From NCBI GenBank assembly GCA_964616855.1, contig CAZTUJ010000001.1, forward strand, positions 451,102-515,101: 64,000 nt of DNA, read 5' to 3'. Under the pieces are notes generated by a model. It was not told the DNA's origin. It saw only the letters and a program-made list of their open reading frames with translations, and searched no databases. Each line of letters starts with the position of its first letter. The stretch's first letter is position 1. The DNA is from an uncultured Gammaproteobacteria bacterium. GTDB lineage: Bacteria; Patescibacteriota; Patescibacteriia; Patescibacteriales; UBA12465. Below are positions 57,702 through 64,000 of this stretch, piece by piece. The position numbers were made by a program, and so were the translations under genes.

Positions 57702-58733
57702 CTAATGAATAACATTGGCTTTATAAATATTTTTCTCGGCCCGTTCAATCACTTTTTTCAAAAGCTGAACCGCTTCTAAAGGATAATCACCAACGGTAGT
57801 TTCATCGGAAAGCATCACCATATCGGCACCATCAAAAACGGCATTAGCAATATCGGAAATTTCCGCCCTAGTTGGATGGGGATTTTTAATCATTGAAGTC
57901 ATTACTTGAGTGGCAATGATAGCTGGTCGGTCATGCCAATGGGCATGACGAACTAAATTTTTCTGGATGATCGGTAAATCTTCAATTGGCACTTCGATGC
58001 CTAAATCTCCCCTGGCCACCATAATGGCGTCCGAAGCAGAGATAATACGATCAATATTTTTTAGTGCAATTCCCCGCTCAATCTTAGAAATAATTTTAAC
58101 CTTACTCTTCTTACCTAAAATTTTACGCAGACGCATGACATCGTTGGCGGTCTGCACAAAAGACAAGGCAATGTAATCCATGCCCGCTTTAATACCAAAT
58201 TTTGCATCTTTCACATCTTTAGCGGTCATACCGCCCTTCTTAATGTTAGTATCGGGTACATTGATGCCTTTACGGGAGCTGAGGACTCCACCATTAACAA
58301 CCGTAGCATTAATTACTTTATTTTTTATAGAAGTGACTTTCAATTCAATGGCGCCATTACACAAAAACAACATCTCTCCCTTCTTAATATCTTTATATAA
58401 GTCGGGGCTGTCAATCGGAACTAAGTCCCCCTTTTTGACATAAGCTTTCTTGGAATAGACAAAAGAATAATTTTCTTCTGCCTTCATCACAATGCCGCCG
58501 TCCGGCATCTGGCCGACGCGGATGCGAGGGCCCTGAAGATCTAACATAATGCTAGCCTTACGTTCAGACTCAGCATTAAAACGATTAACAATTTTTTGGA
58601 TGCGCTTATATTGATCATAGGTAGCGTGCGAAAAATTTACCCGGACAATATCAACCCCCGCCGCCAACAAAGCGCCCAGTTCTTTCTGAGAGTCACTTTT
58701 CGGACCAATAGTAGCAATGATTTTAGTTAACAT
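57702..58733 (-). CDS. pyk: Pyruvate kinase lacking the C-terminal domain
   Basis: TKIIATIGP, R.NFSH, MVARGDLG, ATQ, PTRAE..D, MLS.ET; ends just after the barrel. Confidence 0.92.
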   Translation of the reverse strand: MLTKIIATIGPKSDSQKELGALLAAGVDIVRVNFSHATYDQYKRIQKIVNRFNAESERKASIMLDLQGPRIRVGQMPDGGIVMKAEENYSFVYSKKAYVKKGDLVPIDSPDLYKDIKKGEMLFLCNGAIELKVTSIKNKVINATVVNGGVLSSRKGINVPDTNIKKGGMTAKDVKDAKFGIKAGMDYIALSFVQTANDVMRLRKILGKKSKVKIISKIERGIALKNIDRIISASDAIMVARGDLGIEVPIEDLPIIQKNLVRHAHWHDRPAIIATQVMTSMIKNPHPTRAEISDIANAVFDGADMVMLSDETTVGDYPLEAVQLLKKVIERAEKNIYKANVIH

Positions 58734-58863
58734 AGATAAGAGCAAAATAAAAACGACCGTAAAACAAGCGTTCGCTTTCCTTGCTTGATTCTTAATTAAA
58801 TATCCTTAGAAACAGAGATATTATAGAACAAAAATCTAAAAATTAAAAGACTAAGCTCTTTCC

Positions 58864-60015
58864 CTAAATCTTTCTTAATTCTCTCATTAAACGGTTATAA
58901 AATTCCAAATTATTCAAACTAGCCAGTTGTTGCCCTAAAGGCTCTTTTAAGCGGAAAAGGTGGTGTAAAAAAGCTTTAGTATAAAGGCGTAACTCTGGCA
59001 AAGAGCTATCGGGATTAATTGGAGAGAAATCACGGGCAAAAGCGGCATTGCTAATATTTTTAGTAGAATAAAAATCTGGGTATTTATGTAAGGGCCCGGC
59101 AGTCTTAGAGATTTTTTTAAAACCCTTAAAATTTTTCTTAAAAGTAAATAAACGACCATGTCTACCTTCCCTGGTTGGAATGACACAATCAAACATATCC
59201 CAACCCATTAAGTAGCAACGATAAATATCTTCAGGCATACCCACGCCCAGGGCAAAACGCAAAGAATTTTCGGGAATAAAGGAGGCGGTCTTATACAAAG
59301 TGTCCGCTAGAAAATTACCATCTTTATCTACGGGACGAGCGCCAAAGCCATAACCGTCAAAACCAATTTTAACTAAGGCCTGAGCGCAATCACGGCGCAA
59401 ATCTTCATAATCGCCACCCTGGACAACCGCAAATAATAAAGGACGTTCTGATTCCTTAATTTTCCTCTTCTTTAGCTGTTTTAAATACTCTTGTTTACAG
59501 CGCAATGCCCAGTCTAAACTGCGTCTGACAGCGATGCTTAAATCAGCACGGGGCCAATCGTTGGGCGGACAGTCATCAAGACAAACCATCATATCCACAC
59601 CTAAATCAAATTGTATTTGAATAGATTTTTCCGGGCTGAGTTCATGCTTCGAGCCATCAAGTGGCGATTTAAAAAAAACTTTTTCATCATCAATCTTACC
59701 CAAGCTCTGAGCGCGATGAATTAAGGAAAAGACTTGAAAACCACCGGAATCCGCTAAAAGCGGCCGAGACCAATCCATGAAGTCGTGAACACCGCCGGCG
59801 CGCTTAATAATCTCTTGCCCCGGTTGGAGATAAAGATGGAAGGTGTTAACTACCATCGCTTCTGTGCCCGCTCTTTTTACCGCAGCGCCAGTATTGCCTT
59901 TAACAAAGGCCCTAGTGGCATCCGGCATGAAAAAAGGAGTATTTAAGGGGCCGTGGGCAGTTGTAATCCGACCCAGGCGGACCGGTTGTTTTTTTTGTAA
60001 TTTAAATCCAGACAT
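58864..60015 (-). CDS. tgt: tRNA-guanine transglycosylase family protein
   Basis: TP.FMP, NTFHL, DSGGFQ.FSL, QGG, DMFDCV.PTR.GR. Confidence 0.9.
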   Translation of the reverse strand: MSGFKLQKKQPVRLGRITTAHGPLNTPFFMPDATRAFVKGNTGAAVKRAGTEAMVVNTFHLYLQPGQEIIKRAGGVHDFMDWSRPLLADSGGFQVFSLIHRAQSLGKIDDEKVFFKSPLDGSKHELSPEKSIQIQFDLGVDMMVCLDDCPPNDWPRADLSIAVRRSLDWALRCKQEYLKQLKKRKIKESERPLLFAVVQGGDYEDLRRDCAQALVKIGFDGYGFGARPVDKDGNFLADTLYKTASFIPENSLRFALGVGMPEDIYRCYLMGWDMFDCVIPTREGRHGRLFTFKKNFKGFKKISKTAGPLHKYPDFYSTKNISNAAFARDFSPINPDSSLPELRLYTKAFLHHLFRLKEPLGQQLASLNNLEFYNRLMRELRKI

Positions 60016-60018
60016 AAT

Positions 60019-62013
60019 TTATTCTACGCGACCGTTATTGGAAAGACCGGCAATTTCATCATCTTCTAACTTGCTGGTTTTAGCCTGAGTCTTGCGCCGC
60101 AGATCACCTTTAGTAAGCGCATCTATAGCGGTCGCCAGACTGCCCGGAGAAATCACTAAAATTTTGTTACGATCAGCTTCACTCGGTGTCAGGCTAAGAT
60201 TAAATTCAGCATCAGCCCGGTAAACAGAGAGGGGTAAAAAACCAATACGCCAAGTGATGCGTCGGTTTTCTTCGTCATAAGAAATTTTACCGACGTTAGT
60301 GTTATTAGCCCCCGCCCAGTTAACTCCGGCCGGAAGGTCTAAAATCACTTGCGCCTCTTCCAAATCATGAAGATTATTTTTTATTGTCCAAGCCACCCTA
60401 ACGGTTGTAGTTTCACCAACGCGTGGCGGTAAAGGACCAGAACCGATTGGTAAATTATCTTCATTAAAGTATAAAATCTTTTCACTGAGTGCCAAATCGC
60501 TGTTTAATTGGCTGTTAATAGTATTACTCTTATTATCATCCCCTTCCTTGCTGGCCTGATTATTAATACCATATTGGGCATAACTGCTAATAAGGGCATC
60601 ACTACCTAAATCAGAATCAGTAAAATCTTTAACCTTAACAGAAAAATCAATTGTACCACTGCTACCAGGAGCTAACTCGGCCAAAGCTGGTACTTGTTCT
60701 TTGGTCCAAACAATAGCATTACTGGAACGGCTACCGCCACTAGGATCGCGCAAAGAAGACCATTGAATAAAATCGCCTTTTATAACAGCCATTAACACTA
60801 AATCATACAAAGCTGAATCCCCATTATTAGAATAGGATAAACTGTATTCCAGGGTCTCCCCAAAATCGAGAGGCTGATCGCTCTTCTCGCCGTTTAAAGA
60901 CAGACTGAGATTAAGATCGCTTTTCATCACATCAAAAGAAATGGTTTTTTCCCAAAAAATATGTTCACTCCCGTCAGCTTCTTTCTTTAAAAGACGTAAG
61001 GTAAAATCTTCTTGATCCTGCTTCTTTTCCTTAAGACTGAAGACCAGGGGCACAGAAATGCGCTCTTCAGAATTAAAGGGTAAATTATGTATAGTCCAAT
61101 TACCTTCTCCTGCCGGCTGCACTGAGACCGCTGTTACTTCCTCAGAAGAGGTTGCCGTGCTAGTAGCAAGCTGTTCCTCGCTCCCGACGCTTTCAACTTT
61201 AAAATTGTCAGAAACACTAACAGATAGATACAAATCCTTAATTTGATTTTCTTTAAAACCGGTAAAGTCTAGCTTCAATTCGTTGCTTTGACCAATAAGA
61301 GCAGTGTTGAGATAGTCAGTATTAACTGCAAACCCCATTCCCGCGATCACGGTATTAGCACTCGCTTCTTTCTTAAATTCACTGGAAAAATTAGCAGGCG
61401 TATAATTTAATTTAGCGTTGATAACATTGGGAGAGTCAACTGCTGCTACTAAATAACCGCTGACAATGACTTTACCTGAAGCACCTGGATTTAAATTGCC
61501 TAAAGACCAAGAATTCAAACCGGAAGTCTGCGGCGAGCTAGTGGACAGGACAAAACTTGGGGGCAAAATTGCTTCTAAGCTGACATTAGACAAAGAGAGT
61601 CCGCTATTATTTTCATAAATCAATTCGTAAGAAAAAGGCGTAGCGACACTAATTTCTTCGGGAGCGGCTACCCGCAAAGAAACCCCCTCTGTACCAGCCG
61701 GTCTTTGAAAATAATAATAATAAGCACCGTAAAGGCCGCAGGCAAGAATAGTAATTACCAATAATCGCTTAAACAAAACGACTAGGCGCACACGCCTTCT
61801 TTTTTTAACTTTACTGACATCTACTAGCTCCCCTTTGTTATCGCGATAAATAGCGGAAAGATTTTGGTCAGCTTCTTGAGCTAAGGCTTCTTTTTTAATT
61901 GCCTGTTCGAACAACAAAACCTCTTCTGACTCCGGCAAAGGCCTTTCCAGAAAAGAGGCTGGCGACGAACTTTTACCCTTACGAGTAATTCTAGTTTTTT
62001 TGATTGCAGGCAT
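60019..62013 (-). CDS. Membrane-anchored multi-Ig-like-domain hypothetical protein
   Basis: TM near residue 90; repeated 'Y.N...L..V.L...LP' DUF11-like units; GSGPLPP motif. Start uncertain. Confidence 0.7.
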   Translation of the reverse strand: MPAIKKTRITRKGKSSSPASFLERPLPESEEVLLFEQAIKKEALAQEADQNLSAIYRDNKGELVDVSKVKKRRRVRLVVLFKRLLVITILACGLYGAYYYYFQRPAGTEGVSLRVAAPEEISVATPFSYELIYENNSGLSLSNVSLEAILPPSFVLSTSSPQTSGLNSWSLGNLNPGASGKVIVSGYLVAAVDSPNVINAKLNYTPANFSSEFKKEASANTVIAGMGFAVNTDYLNTALIGQSNELKLDFTGFKENQIKDLYLSVSVSDNFKVESVGSEEQLATSTATSSEEVTAVSVQPAGEGNWTIHNLPFNSEERISVPLVFSLKEKKQDQEDFTLRLLKKEADGSEHIFWEKTISFDVMKSDLNLSLSLNGEKSDQPLDFGETLEYSLSYSNNGDSALYDLVLMAVIKGDFIQWSSLRDPSGGSRSSNAIVWTKEQVPALAELAPGSSGTIDFSVKVKDFTDSDLGSDALISSYAQYGINNQASKEGDDNKSNTINSQLNSDLALSEKILYFNEDNLPIGSGPLPPRVGETTTVRVAWTIKNNLHDLEEAQVILDLPAGVNWAGANNTNVGKISYDEENRRITWRIGFLPLSVYRADAEFNLSLTPSEADRNKILVISPGSLATAIDALTKGDLRRKTQAKTSKLEDDEIAGLSNNGRVE

Positions 62014-62069
62014 GGTGTTAAAGCCAGCAGAATGATGATTTTCAATCACCTAGACGCCGGCAGACAAAT

Positions 62070-64000
62070 TTATTTTTCTAAGAGGACAGCGCGCAATAAA
62101 TCTTGATCTAAAATATCTTTACTATTCCAAGATTCAGTCTGAGGATAATTCCAAACCGCCCGCCAAGTAGGGGGTAATTCGAGATTAAAAACTAAATCAG
62201 CAGGATGTGCGCCTGGCTGTTTTTGTACTAATAGAGAGAAAGGAGCTCTTTCTGGAGATTCTTGACGAAAGATTTTTTCCAAACGCAACCACCAATCATC
62301 GTTTGTCGGCTCACTTTTTTTAATCTTGAAAGGTAAACGATAACGTAAACGAATAACCGCTGTTTCACCCGGATCAACCATTACCCAGTTAGCAAAGACA
62401 GTCTTATCACTTTCTGTATAAATCTTAGTACCGCTATCTAAATCGGTCAGAGCCCGATTCTCGGTCTCAGCCAAAAGAGGAAAAACTTCCCAAGAAGCTT
62501 CGGGCTCATCAAAATAAGAAGCATCAGGAGCGCTAAAGCCACTAGCCGCTAAAAGCTGACTCCCTTTAGGAACATAGACCCGGAGCCAATCGACATTGCG
62601 AACGCCGCTGAGAATTTCGTTCTTGACGCCCGTGTGTCCTCGATAAATAGTCACGGTGTCAATTACGCTACCATCACTTAAAACCTGGGCGGAATGTTCA
62701 ATTCTTTCTTCCATGCGCCGGTCGCTTTTCTGTCCAGCAATATTAGTGTGAGCCACTAGCAAGTAATCTTGTTTAGCCGGAATAATAGCGCCATCAAAGC
62801 CGTAGCGACTGATCTTCGCCTGTAGGGCTGGGTCGTTAAAATACAACATGATATTTTTTGCGCTCAAATTCTTCTCCAAGGAAGACAACAAGGCCGGAGC
62901 ATTCTCCGCACTCAATACTTGCGGTAGACGCTCCATAATTTCTGCCATTAAATCGCCAATGATTTTCTTGGGCTGATTCTTAGGGCTATCTGGAATTAAG
63001 GCTAAAGCCTCGGGATGGGTTTTACGTAAATTTTCTTTTTCTACCGTTGTTTGAATTAATTCCCAAAAATTATCGGCATCGACTGTCAGACCATATTCTG
63101 CCTGCATATCAATAGGCCCGGTGATGCGCAATAAATCTTCTAAAACATTGGGGGTAAAACTAATAACACCATCAACGGTGGGGCCGTCACTCTTCTCATA
63201 AAACCACATCAGCGAACGGGCGCTAGTGGGCCAATCTGGCCACCAATTAGCATCCCAAAAATACCAGCGAGCACTCACCAGCCACAAAGGCTTGGGCGCT
63301 TGAATAAAAGACTTCATTCCCGCCTCAGTGTCATAAGAACCGCCAGCCGGCACCTCCAACTTCCTAATTTTTCCATCCCTGATATCAACTAAAGCGTAGC
63401 TGCCAAAGAAACCGCCAGCCCCCCTCATCTCCGCATTATTTTGAAAAACTAAAAGATAGCGCTTATCTTGGCTAACACCTAAAAATTCTTTAATTTCCTG
63501 AGCAGATCCCAAAAGAGAATCTAAAGATTTTACCGCCAAATCAGCCTGACCTCGAAAAGATAAAAAACGCTCACGATACTCTAGCGGCAAATCTTCCGCC
63601 TCAATCGCTTGTAGATTCCGCTGAAGCTCACGAGCACTATCTAGTGCTAAGCCACCATGAAGAACAAAGGCATCAATAATCTTACCCCAACTTTTATCTT
63701 CCGGCTGTTCTATAAAAACAGCCCCCATGGCACTCAAATGCTGACCCATCTCCGCCCCCGCTACTCCCGCCGCTAAAAATTGTTTACTAGAAGCAGCCAT
63801 TTTTATTTTTGGATTTCCAGAAAAAGAGGCAAAAGCTAAGAGCCAATCATCAACGCGACTAAGCTCAGCTTGAGCGGCACTAAAATCAACGGAAGCCCGA
63901 GCGAAATTGGAACCAGCACTCTCTAGGTCAAGTTGAACAGCATTATCTGAGGCTGCTGCTAAATTATCAAAAGCCGAAAAAGCCCGAGTAATGACATCGG
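62070..64000 (-). CDS. DUF4012-family protein (5'-truncated by window edge)
   Basis: YLLVFQNNAEMRGAGGF.GSY, DANWWPDWP, VDGVI; frame stays open to the window end. Confidence 0.85.
   Translation of the reverse strand, partial: DVITRAFSAFDNLAAASDNAVQLDLESAGSNFARASVDFSAAQAELSRVDDWLLAFASFSGNPKIKMAASSKQFLAAGVAGAEMGQHLSAMGAVFIEQPEDKSWGKIIDAFVLHGGLALDSARELQRNLQAIEAEDLPLEYRERFLSFRGQADLAVKSLDSLLGSAQEIKEFLGVSQDKRYLLVFQNNAEMRGAGGFFGSYALVDIRDGKIRKLEVPAGGSYDTEAGMKSFIQAPKPLWLVSARWYFWDANWWPDWPTSARSLMWFYEKSDGPTVDGVISFTPNVLEDLLRITGPIDMQAEYGLTVDADNFWELIQTTVEKENLRKTHPEALALIPDSPKNQPKKIIGDLMAEIMERLPQVLSAENAPALLSSLEKNLSAKNIMLYFNDPALQAKISRYGFDGAIIPAKQDYLLVAHTNIAGQKSDRRMEERIEHSAQVLSDGSVIDTVTIYRGHTGVKNEILSGVRNVDWLRVYVPKGSQLLAASGFSAPDASYFDEPEASWEVFPLLAETENRALTDLDSGTKIYTESDKTVFANWVMVDPGETAVIRLRYRLPFKIKKSEPTNDDWWLRLEKIFRQESPERAPFSLLVQKQPGAHPADLVFNLELPPTWRAVWNYPQTESWNSKDILDQDLLRAVLLEK

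Noticed and set aside
464-61246. Short ORFs overlapping longer genes in the ORF track (e.g. 5078, 29991, 30599, 32419, 39546, 40586)
   Set aside because: Antisense or alternate-frame shadows of well-supported genes with no motifs of their own.
1-64000. Alternative genetic code (UGA=Gly as in Gracilibacteria/SR1)
   Set aside because: Conserved genes translate full length in code 11 and TGA serves as a stop (e.g. 1873, 19927).

Overview
Gene-dense, AT-rich bacterial chromosome segment in the standard genetic code. It is most consistent with a Patescibacteria/CPR (Parcubacteria/ABY1, Falkowbacteria-like) genome; this is inferred from the two DUF4012-like genes, a CPR-type VirD4/T4CP-like ATPase, split ribosomal operons and the near absence of Shine-Dalgarno motifs. 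The left ~15 kb is a surface-polysaccharide locus: O-antigen ligase-like protein, three GT4 enzymes, Wzz, and a TagA/WecG-Nudix fusion. The rest is mostly housekeeping (xer, ftsQ, alr, serS, dnaX, rpmA, pyrG, metG, rsmI, secE-nusG-rplK-rplA, iscSU, cca, gap, rpsB-tsf, sod, rlmN, eno, pyk, tgt). I saw no rRNA, tRNA, CRISPR array or transposase. The main observation is four orphan exported-protein genes embedded in the polysaccharide locus (848, 7952, 8855, 9862-11097). Three carry Bacteroidota-type targeting signals: Gln after the signal peptide (848, 7952), a C-x-K-E-E lipoprotein export signal (11097), and a probable outer-membrane beta-barrel (7952). All four break the T(-1)ATG start context of the core genes, and two are preceded by long RNA hairpins. 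One is a re-signalled paralog of a native gene in this window. The hypothesis is that these genes are addressed to a diderm host's machinery. Other points: a half dif site next to xer, a TGT without zinc ligands, a pyruvate kinase without its C domain, a missed 56-aa ferredoxin, and structured leaders. All assignments are by motif recognition; no database search was run.
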